A stretch of DNA of 64,000 nucleotides. It comes from Clostridia bacterium (GTDB lineage: Bacteria > Bacillota > Clostridia > Oscillospirales > Acutalibacteraceae). The notes under the pieces were generated by a model. The model worked only from the letters and a program-made list of their open reading frames with translations, did not search any database and had not been told where the DNA came from. Made by a program: the position numbers and the translations under genes. Position 1 is the first letter of the stretch, and the number at the start of each line of letters is the position of its first letter. Location of the stretch: contig JAGAMO010000015.1 of assembly GCA_017624675.1 (NCBI GenBank), positions 5,420 to 69,419 on the forward strand, written 5' to 3'. Positions 20,440 to 30,058 of this stretch are shown here, in pieces.

Positions 20440-21246
20440 TTGAAAAATATTGATAAAAGTATTATAATTTGTATGGTGATGCCAATGAATTTATTTAAGG
20501 ATATAATTGTAACAGAAATTCAAAAGCCCTTTACTGTTTTTTCAAAAAAGGGAAGAACCGATTATACCGAAAATCGGCTTTATTACGGTTTGTCATTTTG
20601 CCTTGGCGGACAAATAACCTATACCCATAACGGCCAAAAAATTGTATCTAATAAAAATAATGCTGTTATTATACCGCAGGGTTCAACATATTCACTTTGT
20701 GGAGATAAAGAAGGTCTTTTTCCGCTTATAAATTTCAAAGCACAAAATTTTTCTTGTGACTCTTTTATTGTAATTCCATTAGATGACCCTATGCGTCATA
20801 TAAACAACTTCAATAAACTTTCAGATTATTTCTTGCGTGAAGATAAATATCTTGAAATTTTCAGTTTATTCTATCATATATTAGAACGCTTAAATCTTGA
20901 ACAGTCGCATACTCAAAACCCTCTGTATCCGGTAATAAATTATTTAGAAAAAAATATTTCAAATCCCGATATAACTAATGTGATTTTAGCAAAAAAGCTT
21001 GGAATCAGTGAAGTCTATTTAAGAAAATTATTTTTAGCACATTATGGAATTACTCCAAAACAATTTATTATCGATATGCGAATCCAAAAGGCGAAATCAC
21101 TGCTAACAAACGGAACATACACTATTACTTCCATTTCCGAGGAGTGTGGTTTTTCAAGCTTGTATCATTTTTGCAGAGCGTTTAAGAATAAAACCGGAAT
21201 AACTCCCACTGAATATGCCAAAGATGGTAAGATTTATCACATATAA
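20440..21246 (+). CDS. AraC-family transcriptional regulator (cupin-like N-domain plus HTH)
   Basis: The C-terminal double HTH (ISEECGFSSLYHFCRAFKNKTGITPTEY) is typical of AraC/XylS. The gene is divergent from the four-gene operon. Start is uncertain: TTG 20440, or ATG 20473 or 20485. Confidence 0.8.
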   Translation: MKNIDKSIIICMVMPMNLFKDIIVTEIQKPFTVFSKKGRTDYTENRLYYGLSFCLGGQITYTHNGQKIVSNKNNAVIIPQGSTYSLCGDKEGLFPLINFKAQNFSCDSFIVIPLDDPMRHINNFNKLSDYFLREDKYLEIFSLFYHILERLNLEQSHTQNPLYPVINYLEKNISNPDITNVILAKKLGISEVYLRKLFLAHYGITPKQFIIDMRIQKAKSLLTNGTYTITSISEECGFSSLYHFCRAFKNKTGITPTEYAKDGKIYHI

Positions 21247-21444
21247 AAAGTCGATTGGCATAATAGTTTGGAGAAATTAAGGACAATATTTAAAAAAATA
21301 GTTTTCGATTCAATTGATAAAATTCAACAAAGTTGCAAGGATGATAATTAACATTGGTTTCAGCTCTATTGTACACCGCAAATGCTATTTTGGATTTATT
21401 AAAGGAAAAATTTGATTTTTATCTAAATTTATCCGAATGTTTTA

Positions 21445-21473
21445 TTGACGATAAATTTACAAAATGATATAAT
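21445..21473 (+). promoter_or_regulatory. Sigma-A promoter with extended -10
   Basis: TTGACG, 17-nt spacer, TGaTATAAT. Confidence 0.6.
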
Positions 21474-21502
21474 CGTCTTATAAATATTTGTAGGTGATTT
21501 AA

Positions 21503-22159
21503 TTGAAATTAGAAGGCAAAAAAATCAATTTTTTAGGTGATAGTATAACCTATGGAATGAGTGCTGGCAGCACTGATAAAAAATATACATCATTAGTAGC
21601 TAAAAAAACCGGTGCCATTTGCCGAACTTACGGCGTTTCGGGTACCAGAATTGCAAAGCAAAAGACTCCGTCTGAAAAACCTTCGCACGATTTAAGTTTT
21701 TGTATGCGCGCTTTAGAAATGGATAAGGATGCGGATATAGTTGTCGTTTTTGGTGGCACTAATGATTTTGGCCACGGGGATGCAAATATGGGCAGTATGG
21801 ATGACCGTACTGATGATACGTTTTACGGTGCTTTACATACGCTCTACACATATCTTATAAAAGAATTTCCTAACAGTACAATTATTGTATTAACACCTCT
21901 TCATAGACTAATGGAAGACAACCCTTGCGGAACAAATGGAGGGAGTATTGAATATGGCACTTTAAAGGATTACTCAGATGCAATAAAAGAGGTCGCAAAT
22001 TTTTATAATCTGCATATTTTAGATTTATTTGAAAAATGTGAAATGAATCCCAATATTGAGGGACATATCGAAAAATATATGCCTGACGGACTTCATCCGA
22101 ATGATTTAGGACACGAAATTATAGCAGATATGATTATAAATTTTATAGAAAAACTATAA
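21503..22159 (+). CDS. SGNH/GDSL-family hydrolase
   Basis: FLGDSITYG block I, GGTNDF block III and a DGLHPN block V. TTG start. Confidence 0.75.
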   Translation: MKLEGKKINFLGDSITYGMSAGSTDKKYTSLVAKKTGAICRTYGVSGTRIAKQKTPSEKPSHDLSFCMRALEMDKDADIVVVFGGTNDFGHGDANMGSMDDRTDDTFYGALHTLYTYLIKEFPNSTIIVLTPLHRLMEDNPCGTNGGSIEYGTLKDYSDAIKEVANFYNLHILDLFEKCEMNPNIEGHIEKYMPDGLHPNDLGHEIIADMIINFIEKL

Positions 22160-22160
22160 G

Positions 22161-22190
22161 AAAAACCGCCATTTTAAATGGCGGTTTAAA
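22161..22190. terminator. Bidirectional terminator
   Basis: AAACCGCC-ATTTTAAAT-GGCGGTTT flanked by A- and T-runs, between convergent genes. Confidence 0.7.
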
Positions 22191-22192
22191 AT

Positions 22193-23719
22193 TTACACAC
22201 CCCAATATTTTCTGTCAAGACTTCTGAATGATATTGCGGTAAAAATATGTGTTTTTTCAATAATTTCGCTGTTTTCAAGGTCGGCAACAGTTCTTGCTAC
22301 CTTTAAAATTCTGTCATAAGCACGGGCAGAAAGTCCCAATTTATCAAATGACATTTGCAAATATTTTTCTGCATCGTCGGTCATTTTGCAATAGATTTTT
22401 GCAAGTTTCGGTGTCAGTCTTGCATTGCAGGTGATACCTGTATCCTTATATCGTTTCTGCTGAATTAAACGGGCTTTGTTTACACGCTCTCTGATTTCGG
22501 CAGAGGTTTCCTCTTTTGCGTTTGAGCTGAGTGCCGTGTAATCAACGGGCGGCACCTCAACATGCAAATCCATTCTATCAAGCATTGGCCCTGAAATGCG
22601 ATTTAAATACTTTCTAACGGTGTTTTGAGAGCAGATACACTGTTTAGTGGGATGACCGAAAAAACCGCAAGGACAAGGATTCATAGCGCCTACGAGCATA
22701 ATTGAACTTGGATATGTAAGAGTTCCTGAAACACGAGAAACAGTAACCTTGCCATCCTCAATCGGCTGTCGCATAGCCTCCATAACATCACGTCTAAATT
22801 CGGGGAGCTCGTCTAAAAATAAAACTCCGTTATGAGCCAGTGAAATTTCACCTGGTTTCGGTATTGTTCCGCCACCCGCAATAGCGGCGGCAGAAATTGT
22901 GTGGTGGGGTGAACGGAAAGGTCTTGCGGTAATAAGAGGATTATTTTTATCAAGTGTTCCTGCAATTGAATGAATTTTGGTAGTCTCAATCGATTCCTCA
23001 AAGGTCATCTGAGGTAAAATTGATGGAAGTCTTTTTGCAAGCATACTTTTACCCGAACCTGGAGGCCCGATTAAAAGCACATTATGACCGCCAGCCGCGG
23101 CAACCTCTAACGCCTTTTTGGCGGCTATTTGACCCTTAACGTCACTAAAATCGGGGATAGATGAGAAATCGGTTTGGTCGGTTATATCAGACTCGACCTT
23201 TTCAATCGATTTTTCGCCTTTGAGGTGGGAAATAAGTTCTAAAACATTATCGACGCCGTAAACATTAATGCCTTGAATAACGGCCGCTTCCATAGCGTTG
23301 TCTTTAGGTACAAATATATTCTTAATGCCATTTTGCTTAGCGGTTATAGTAATAGCTAAAATGCCGTTTGCAGGGCGGATTTTACCGTCTAATGCGACTT
23401 CGCCAACAATAACACTGTCATCAAATTCGGCTTTTAATTGGTTATAAGCCTTTAAAACCGCCAAAAGAACGGGTAAATCATAAATTGAGCCGCCTTTTTT
23501 ACGGTCAGCAGGGGCTAAATTAACGGTAATTCTGCCAAGAGGAAACTTGAAACCGCAATTTTTAATTGCAGAACGCACACGGTCACGGGATTCTTTTACT
23601 GCAGCATCAGGAAGACCGACGATATCAAAAGCGGGGAGTCCCGTTGATATGTCAGCCTCAACCTCAATCATATAAGATTCCATACCAAAAATGCCGATAC
23701 TTTTAATTCTTGAAAACAT
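22193..23719 (-). CDS. comM: YifB/ComM-family Mg-chelatase-like AAA+ ATPase
   Basis: 508 aa. Lon-protease-like N-domain, Walker A GPPGSGKS, Walker B LFLDE, and a C-terminal ChlI-like region. Confidence 0.85.
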   Translation of the reverse strand: MFSRIKSIGIFGMESYMIEVEADISTGLPAFDIVGLPDAAVKESRDRVRSAIKNCGFKFPLGRITVNLAPADRKKGGSIYDLPVLLAVLKAYNQLKAEFDDSVIVGEVALDGKIRPANGILAITITAKQNGIKNIFVPKDNAMEAAVIQGINVYGVDNVLELISHLKGEKSIEKVESDITDQTDFSSIPDFSDVKGQIAAKKALEVAAAGGHNVLLIGPPGSGKSMLAKRLPSILPQMTFEESIETTKIHSIAGTLDKNNPLITARPFRSPHHTISAAAIAGGGTIPKPGEISLAHNGVLFLDELPEFRRDVMEAMRQPIEDGKVTVSRVSGTLTYPSSIMLVGAMNPCPCGFFGHPTKQCICSQNTVRKYLNRISGPMLDRMDLHVEVPPVDYTALSSNAKEETSAEIRERVNKARLIQQKRYKDTGITCNARLTPKLAKIYCKMTDDAEKYLQMSFDKLGLSARAYDRILKVARTVADLENSEIIEKTHIFTAISFRSLDRKYWGV

Positions 23720-23731
23720 AATTTTAAGTCC

Positions 23732-24685
23732 TTAAATTGCTACATTATTTTGAGTTCTGCCCTCTAAAAATGCTGTTATATTGTCTGTTACAATACCAAG
23801 TAAGCGTTCTCTGGTTGTTTTTGGCGCCCAAGCGGTATGAGGGGTTATTATAATATTCGGAGCTGAAAGTAGGGGACAGTCGTCACTCATTGGCTCGGTT
23901 TTTAAAACATCAACAGCCGCACCGCTAAGTTTTCCACTTTGGAGGGCTTTGCAAAGGGCGTTTTCGTCCACAACACCGCCTCTTGCAGTATTAATAAAAA
24001 ACGCTCCGTCTTTACATTTATTAAAGGTTTCATCGTTAAACATATCAGCGCTTTGCTCGTTTAAGGGGCAGTGTACTGTTATAACATCACTTGTCTTCAA
24101 AAGTGTGTCAAGGCTTACAAAAACAGTTTCACCGTCTTCACGGACAGTTCGGGTATTTACAATAACCTTCATACCCAAACCCTCAGCGGCTTTTTTAACA
24201 GCCTTGCCAATACTCCCAAAACCGATTATTCCAATGGTTTTACCATAAATCTCATCACTTGTGTAAACCAAAGATGAGAAAAGAGGGGAGCGTTTCCACC
24301 CACCGTCTTTAACAAAGGAGTTGTATTCGGCAATTTTTGTGAAATGCATCAAAATATATGCTATAACCTGTTGGGCTACAGCGTTTGTTGAATAACTACC
24401 CGCATTGCAAACGGGTATATTGCGCTTTTTAGCTTCGGTTATATCAATATTATTATATCCTGTAGCGAAAAGTCCGATATATTTGAGATTTTTTGCAACA
24501 TTAAATGCCTCTTTGTCAATAACAGTTTTGTTAGAAAGTATAATATCCGCGTCGACTGCTTCTTTTAGCAACTCGGCGCGGGTAATATTTTCATATTTAA
24601 CTGTTTTTCCAAAGCGGTCAAAAATACTTAAATCAAGGTCGTTGTTTGATTGAAGGGTCGAACAATCAGTTAAGAGGATTTTCAT
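23732..24685 (-). CDS. D-isomer-specific 2-hydroxyacid dehydrogenase (glycerate dehydrogenase-like)
   Basis: GIIGFGSIGKAV NAD motif and NTARGG...D..AL, with His in ITPHTAW. Start chosen at MKILLTD (24685). The longer tracked ORF runs into the upstream gene. Confidence 0.8.
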   Translation of the reverse strand: MKILLTDCSTLQSNNDLDLSIFDRFGKTVKYENITRAELLKEAVDADIILSNKTVIDKEAFNVAKNLKYIGLFATGYNNIDITEAKKRNIPVCNAGSYSTNAVAQQVIAYILMHFTKIAEYNSFVKDGGWKRSPLFSSLVYTSDEIYGKTIGIIGFGSIGKAVKKAAEGLGMKVIVNTRTVREDGETVFVSLDTLLKTSDVITVHCPLNEQSADMFNDETFNKCKDGAFFINTARGGVVDENALCKALQSGKLSGAAVDVLKTEPMSDDCPLLSAPNIIITPHTAWAPKTTRERLLGIVTDNITAFLEGRTQNNVAI

Positions 24686-24884
24686 CTTTTCTGGTAACCT
24701 TTCTTTTGGTGCCGTCAGGTTCGACGATATATGTGTTTTCAAGCTGTGAAACAAGACTTTGCTTGTAGCTTTCAATATATTCTCTGCGTAAAACAGCCTG
24801 TTCTTGCAATTCTTCCTCGGTGAGACCTACAGTCTTTTTCTTTCGTGCAAGTTCATTAATTCTGTCAATTTTTTCTTGTGTCAT
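24666..24884 (-). CDS. DUF896 (UPF0291/YnzC-like) small protein
   Basis: 72 aa. INELARKKKTVGLTEEELQEQAVLRREYI is typical of this family. Confidence 0.7.
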   Translation of the reverse strand: MTQEKIDRINELARKKKTVGLTEEELQEQAVLRREYIESYKQSLVSQLENTYIVEPDGTKRKVTRKDENPLN

Positions 24885-24887
24885 ATC

Positions 24888-25487
24888 TTAAATCTCATTT
24901 CTGCCTTCAAGGGCTCTTGCAAGGGTAAATTCGTCAGCATATTCAAGGTCGCCGCCAACAGGGATACCGTAAGCTAAACGGGTGACCTTAACACCTAAGG
25001 GTTTTACAAGTCGGGAAATATAACTTGCGGTAGCTTCGCCCTCAACGGTTGGATTTGTTGCCATAATAATCTCTTTAACGGTAGAGTCGGAAAGTCTTGC
25101 CATCAGCTCTTTGATTTTAAGCTGGTCGGGACCAACACCGTCAAGAGGGGATATGAGTCCGTGAAGCACGTGGTAAAGACCTGAAAACTCCCTTGTTTTT
25201 TCAAAAGTGAAAATATCTTTAGGTTCGGCAACCACACAAATTACCGACTTGTCACGACCAATATTTTCACAAATATCGCAAATTTCTTTGTCAGTAAAAC
25301 CTTGACAACATTTACAAAAGTGTATTTTCTGACGGGCGTTTACCAAAGCATCAGCAAACTTTTGAGCCCTTTCGGGTGGTTGATTTAAAATGCTGTATGC
25401 AAGGCGTTGAGCCGTTTTTTTGCCAATGCCCGGCAGTCTTTCAAACTGACTGATAAGCTCGTTTAAGGGTACAATGTTGTTATTCAT
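24888..25487 (-). CDS. recR: Recombination protein RecR
   Basis: [14 protein letters not shown] helix-hairpin-helix, a C4 zinc finger (CKCC...CDIC) and a Toprim domain. Confidence 0.95.
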   Translation of the reverse strand: MNNNIVPLNELISQFERLPGIGKKTAQRLAYSILNQPPERAQKFADALVNARQKIHFCKCCQGFTDKEICDICENIGRDKSVICVVAEPKDIFTFEKTREFSGLYHVLHGLISPLDGVGPDQLKIKELMARLSDSTVKEIIMATNPTVEGEATASYISRLVKPLGVKVTRLAYGIPVGGDLEYADEFTLARALEGRNEI

Positions 25488-25489
25488 AA

Positions 25490-25831
25490 TTAAAAGAGTC
25501 CCGGCATATTAAGTCCGCCGGTAATAGCTCCCATTTCTTCCTCTGCGGTTTTAATTGCATTGGTGATAGCCTCGTTTACAGCAACTGTAACAAGGTCTTC
25601 AAGCATCTCGCTGTCATCGGGGTCGATAGCATCGGGATTAATTTTAATGGATTTAATTAAATGCTTACCGTCAACAGTGACCTCAATCATACCGCCGCCT
25701 GAGGTGGCGGTGTATTCTCTTTGCTCTAAATCTGCTTGAAGATTTGTCATATCCTCTTGCATTTTTTGAGCCTGTTTAAGCATTTGATTCATATTGCCGG
25801 CACCACCGGAGTTGGGGATTCTAACTTTCAT
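25490..25831 (-). CDS. ybaB: YbaB/EbfC-family nucleoid-associated protein
   Basis: 113 aa with [12 protein letters not shown]...[11 protein letters not shown]. Conserved position between dnaX and recR. Confidence 0.9.
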   Translation of the reverse strand: MKVRIPNSGGAGNMNQMLKQAQKMQEDMTNLQADLEQREYTATSGGGMIEVTVDGKHLIKSIKINPDAIDPDDSEMLEDLVTVAVNEAITNAIKTAEEEMGAITGGLNMPGLF

Positions 25832-25847
25832 TTTTATTTTCTCCTAA

Positions 25848-27416
25848 TTAAATTTCAAAATTTTTAAGCCTTTGAGCTATAACATCAAGCGGGTCTGCCT
25901 GAGCGTCGGTTGAGGGAGCTTTGTAGGGACCTAATTTATAGGTTTTGCCTAAAATTTCCTCGGCACAAGCACGGATACAGTTTTTATAGGTGGGATTTGT
26001 GCCGTTTACGAGACTTCTAAACTGTTCGTTTTTAGAGTCTATAAGCAGATAATCGCCTTTGATATATGCTCTGGAGCCTGTTAAAACGCCGCCCATTAAA
26101 GGCTGTTTTTGTTTTATAAGATAAATAATATCGTTCCAGTTTTCAACCTCGGTTATATCGTCTGCGGAAACCGCAGGTTTAACGGGTTCGGGCGGTAAAT
26201 CCTCAGGCTCGGGAATTTCTTCCTCTTCGGGTATTTCCTCGACCTTTTTGGTTTCAAGGATTGGTTTTGCTGGTTTGAAATTTCCTTTTTCCAAGGCGGA
26301 AATCCGTCTTTCGAGTGATTCTATATCAGAAGAAAGGGAAGGGTTACAAAGCTTAATAATTGCCATTTCCATTTCACAGCGGCGGTTTCCGTTTTGCATT
26401 AAAAGGGCGCTTTGCTGTAAAATATTAAGGCAATAAATAATCTCTTTGATATCAAACAAAGCGGCTTGTTTTTCAAGGTCCTGTAACCTTCTTTTTGAAC
26501 AAACTATCGGCTTTTTATCGCCACGCACAGTTTTGATAATCATTAAATCTCTGAAATGCTGCGTAAGTTCGCTAAGAAGTCTTAACATATCAACCGAGGA
26601 ATTATTCAACTCGTCGAGTAAGAGCAAGGCTTTTTGAGTGTCAGCATTTTTGAGGCAGTCGGTAAGCTCTAAAAGATAATCATTACCTGCCATAGCACAA
26701 ACGCCTTCAACTGTGCTTTCACGAATTTCTTTACTGCTTGAAGCACATAAATCCAAAATAGAAAGAGCATCTCTCATACCACCGTCGGCAACCGATGCAA
26801 TTAATGTTGCGGCTTCGTCGGTAACAGTAAAGCCTTCTTTGCTTGCTACATATTGAATTCTCTCAGCAATCTTCTCGCCGTCAATTCTTCTGAAATCAAA
26901 GCGCTGACAACGGGAAAGAATTGTTGCGGGAAGCTTGTGGACTTCGGTTGTTGCGAGAATAAAAATAACGTGTGCGGGAGGCTCTTCAAGCGTCTTCAAA
27001 AGGGCATTGAAAGCACCGGGGGAGAGCATATGCACCTCATCTATGATATATACACGATATTTGGAATTAGCAGGGGTGAAGTTAATGAGTTCGCGAAGCT
27101 CACGAATATTATCAACACCGTTGTTTGAAGCAGCGTCAATTTCAACAATATCAGTGTTTTCTTCACTTGCAAAGGCTTTGCACTGTTCACATTCAAGGCA
27201 AGGGTCGCCACCCTTAACTTCAAGACAGTTTACTGCTCTTGCTAAAATCTTAGCACAACTGGTTTTACCTGTACCTCTCGTACCGGTAAAAAGATAGGCG
27301 TGAACTGTCTTGTTTTGCGAAATTTCTTTTTTAAGAATATTTGTGATGTGTTCTTGACCTACAACATCAGAAAAGGTTTCAGGACGGTATTTTCTGTAAA
27401 GAGCCTGATATGACAT
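25848..27416 (-). CDS. dnaX: DNA polymerase III subunit gamma/tau
   Basis: YRKYRPETFSDVVGQEH, Walker A GTRGTGKTS, a zinc module (C..C..C) and a SRC motif. Confidence 0.95.
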   Translation of the reverse strand: MSYQALYRKYRPETFSDVVGQEHITNILKKEISQNKTVHAYLFTGTRGTGKTSCAKILARAVNCLEVKGGDPCLECEQCKAFASEENTDIVEIDAASNNGVDNIRELRELINFTPANSKYRVYIIDEVHMLSPGAFNALLKTLEEPPAHVIFILATTEVHKLPATILSRCQRFDFRRIDGEKIAERIQYVASKEGFTVTDEAATLIASVADGGMRDALSILDLCASSSKEIRESTVEGVCAMAGNDYLLELTDCLKNADTQKALLLLDELNNSSVDMLRLLSELTQHFRDLMIIKTVRGDKKPIVCSKRRLQDLEKQAALFDIKEIIYCLNILQQSALLMQNGNRRCEMEMAIIKLCNPSLSSDIESLERRISALEKGNFKPAKPILETKKVEEIPEEEEIPEPEDLPPEPVKPAVSADDITEVENWNDIIYLIKQKQPLMGGVLTGSRAYIKGDYLLIDSKNEQFRSLVNGTNPTYKNCIRACAEEILGKTYKLGPYKAPSTDAQADPLDVIAQRLKNFEI

Positions 27417-27440
27417 TACTTCACCTCTTAAAAATTAAAA

Positions 27441-27580
27441 TTGCGTACCAGAGTGTACGAATGAGCCGATTTACTGCGGCACACGGAAATACTGCTTAAT
27501 GCTGCTCGGTTCCCCGCCTGACATGGTTCACAGCGTCCCGTTGCACAGGACCCGCCCATTCGCACACTCCCGTACGCAAA
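27441..27580 (-). ncRNA. ffs: Signal recognition particle RNA (small, 4.5S-like form)
   Basis: On the minus strand, GUCAGGCGGGGAACCGAGCAGC matches the conserved domain IV motif (GUCAGGUCCGGAAGGAAGCAGC in E. coli). The 5' and 3' ends pair over a long stretch (UUGCGUACGGGAGUGUGCGAAUG / CAUUCGUACACUCUGGUACGCAA). It sits upstream of dnaX, as scr does in Bacillus. A U-run follows. Confidence 0.8.
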
Positions 27581-27591
27581 TTACATATAAG

Positions 27592-27620
27592 ATTTTAACA
27601 CATTTAAGCCGCTATTACAA
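27592..27620 (-). promoter_or_regulatory. Promoter of the SRP RNA gene
   Basis: Minus strand: TTGTAA, 17-nt spacer, TAAAAT preceded by TGT. It lies about 10 nt upstream of the RNA 5' helix. Confidence 0.55.
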
Positions 27621-27647
27621 GTATTAAATATAAATTAATATAAAATA

Positions 27648-27676
27648 TTGAAAAAAATACAATTAGATGGTATAAT
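27648..27676 (+). promoter_or_regulatory. Sigma-A promoter (extended -10) for the NUDIX operon
   Basis: TTGAAA, 17-nt spacer, TGgTATAAT. Confidence 0.6.
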
Positions 27677-27715
27677 ATATTGAATTATTATAATTTGAAA
27701 GGTAAATTTTTATAT

Positions 27716-28240
27716 ATGTTTTTCGAGAGATGGGATGTCCTTGACGAAAACGGCAAATTCTTAGGAAAAACCGTTATGAGGAACAAGGCATATTTTAAAC
27801 CCGGTGAATATCACTTGGTGGTGCATATTTGGGTGGTTTCAAGCGACGGTAAAGTGCTCTTGCAACGCCGTTCAGATACTAAAAAACTTATGCCAGGTGA
27901 GTGGGCTGCAACGGGCGGCGCCGCAATTTCGGGTGAAGATTCTTTTACAGCGGCTTCCCGTGAACTTAGGGAGGAACTTGGTATTAAGTCTGATGAGACT
28001 ACGCTAAAAAAAATATTACGCCTTAAAAGACGAAATTCCTTACTTGATATTTGGATGATAGTAAGCGATTTGCCTGTTGAGGCATTAAAATTACAGAAGT
28101 CTGAGGTTGCCGAGGCTAAATGGGTAAGCTTAGATGAATTCAAAAAGATGGTAAAAGAAAATAAATTCCATAACTATGGAAGAGAATATTTTGAAAGATT
28201 GTTTGAAAAGATTTCGCATTACAAAGGAGAAAATCAATGA
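27716..28240 (+). CDS. NUDIX hydrolase
   Basis: Nudix box GGAAISGEDSFTAASRELREELGI (GX5EX7REUXEEXGU). ATG at 27716. The tracked TTG at 27680 sits only 4 nt downstream of the predicted -10 element. Confidence 0.75.
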   Translation: MFFERWDVLDENGKFLGKTVMRNKAYFKPGEYHLVVHIWVVSSDGKVLLQRRSDTKKLMPGEWAATGGAAISGEDSFTAASRELREELGIKSDETTLKKILRLKRRNSLLDIWMIVSDLPVEALKLQKSEVAEAKWVSLDEFKKMVKENKFHNYGREYFERLFEKISHYKGENQ

Positions 28241-29142
28241 GTATAGATACAAAGGGTATCAGCTGTGTTCGTTGCCGTTCATACCTTTTTGAAGATGACG
28301 ATGTGGTATATTGCCCTGTTTGCGGTGCACCACATCATAGACAGTGTTATAACGATTTAGGTCACTGTGCTTTAGAGGAATTTCACGGCACGGAAAATGA
28401 ATATAAGCGTGAGATAGTTGTTGAAAAAGCGGAAGTTAAAGAAACTCAAAAAACAAAATGCAGAATGTGCGGCGAGGAATATGACACCTCATTAGAAAAA
28501 TGTCCAAATTGTTCGTCTGCGAATTTCAGCCGAATAGTAGTTAATTCTTTTGATTTGTTAGGCGGTGTACCTAAGGACCAAGATTTGGGCGATGGTGTAA
28601 CAGCAGATGAAGCAAAGAACTTTGTTTTTGCAAACACCCACCGTTATATTCCAAAATTTGCTTCTTTTAAAGGCGGCAAAAAGGTTTCCTGGAATTGGTT
28701 GGCTTTTTTATTCCCGGGTGCGTGGATGCTTTCAAGAAAGATGTATAAATACGGCATCTTTTCACTTATGCTTTCAGTAATTGCTAATTTCTTGGCTTAT
28801 CCGTTAGCAATTAAATATGCTAATTTAGGAATTGACATTACAAGATTTACCTATGAAAACTATAATCAGGTTGCCGAAAGTATTCCTCAAATTGGTGTGC
28901 TTGTAATTGCACTTGCTTTTTTGGGAAGCTTGATTGATATTGCCCTGAGAGTGCTTTCCGGATTATTTGGAGATTATTTATATAAAAATCATACAATTAA
29001 AACCGTTAAGAAAATCAAAAGTGAAAGCAACGATATCGTGGCTGATTACCGTAAATTCGGCGGAGTTAACTTTTTGCTTTTCTTTGCTGGACTTATGACA
29101 GTACAGTATGTTCCTTTGATATTATCCATATTTTTACTTTAA
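28237..29142 (+). CDS. Zinc-ribbon / DUF2628-like membrane protein
   Basis: Two N-terminal CxxC...CxxC ribbons, then WNWLAFLFPGAWMLSRKMY and three to four TM segments. Its start overlaps the upstream stop (ATGA). Confidence 0.55.
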   Translation: MSIDTKGISCVRCRSYLFEDDDVVYCPVCGAPHHRQCYNDLGHCALEEFHGTENEYKREIVVEKAEVKETQKTKCRMCGEEYDTSLEKCPNCSSANFSRIVVNSFDLLGGVPKDQDLGDGVTADEAKNFVFANTHRYIPKFASFKGGKKVSWNWLAFLFPGAWMLSRKMYKYGIFSLMLSVIANFLAYPLAIKYANLGIDITRFTYENYNQVAESIPQIGVLVIALAFLGSLIDIALRVLSGLFGDYLYKNHTIKTVKKIKSESNDIVADYRKFGGVNFLLFFAGLMTVQYVPLILSIFLL

Positions 29143-29154
29143 TGAGGCATTATT

Positions 29155-30024
29155 ATGAGAATTAAAAAGGCAATTATTCCCGCAGCAGGATTGGGAACAA
29201 GGGTTTTACCCGCATCTAAAGCTATGCCCAAGGAGATGCTTCCAATAGTTGACAAACCTGCCATTCAGTATATCGTTGAAGAAGCGGTAAAGGCAGGTAT
29301 AACCGATATTTTGATTATAACCAACCGTGGAAAAGGTATAATCGAAGACCATTTCGACTATGCTATTGAACTTGAAAATATGCTCGAAAAAAGAGGAAAT
29401 ACAGCGGTTTTAAATGAGGTTAGAAAACCTGCAGAACTTGCGAATATTTATTACATTCGCCAAAAGGTTACAAGAGGCTTGGGCGACGCTGTTTTAAGAG
29501 CAAAAGAATTCGTTGGTGATGAGCCTTTTGCTGTGCTTTACGGCGACGATGTGATTGTGGGCGAAATTCCCGCTATTGGTGAGCTATGCGAAGCTTATGA
29601 AAAATACGGCAAAAGTGTTGTGGGTATAAAAGAAGTGCCTGACGAATTGCTTGTAAAATACAGTTCTCTAAAGACTGAAAGGTTAGATGATAAAATTCAT
29701 AGTGTGACAGATATGATTGAAAAACCGTCACTCGACAAGAAATTTTCAAACTTCTCGGTTTTGGGTCGATGTGTTTTGAATAGCGAGGTATTTGAAATTT
29801 TAGAGCGCATTCCTTTGGGTGCAGGTGGGGAATTGCAACTGACCGATGCTATGGCAGAAATTTCCAGAACTAAAGGTATGACTGGCGTTGAATTTTCGGG
29901 TACACGCTATGATATGGGTAATAAATTCGGCATATTAAAGGCTAATATAGAGGTTGGTCTAAACCATCCCGAAATCGGCGACGAATTAAAGAAATATATA
30001 AAAGAAATTTCAGAAAACTTTTAA
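29155..30024 (+). CDS. galU: UTP--glucose-1-phosphate uridylyltransferase
   Basis: KAIIPAAGLGTRVLPASKAMPKEMLPIVDKPAIQYIVEEA is a canonical GalU N-terminus. Confidence 0.9.
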   Translation: MRIKKAIIPAAGLGTRVLPASKAMPKEMLPIVDKPAIQYIVEEAVKAGITDILIITNRGKGIIEDHFDYAIELENMLEKRGNTAVLNEVRKPAELANIYYIRQKVTRGLGDAVLRAKEFVGDEPFAVLYGDDVIVGEIPAIGELCEAYEKYGKSVVGIKEVPDELLVKYSSLKTERLDDKIHSVTDMIEKPSLDKKFSNFSVLGRCVLNSEVFEILERIPLGAGGELQLTDAMAEISRTKGMTGVEFSGTRYDMGNKFGILKANIEVGLNHPEIGDELKKYIKEISENF

Positions 30025-30058
30025 ATACAATTTAACATAATTGAAAGGAGATGAGAAT

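Noticed and set aside
26243-26251. CC-AAA-AAG run in dnaX (ETKKVEE) as a possible gamma/tau frameshift site.
   Set aside because: It is not the canonical A-AAA-AAG heptamer and I see no downstream stem-loop. To my knowledge, Firmicute dnaX genes are not known to use this mechanism.
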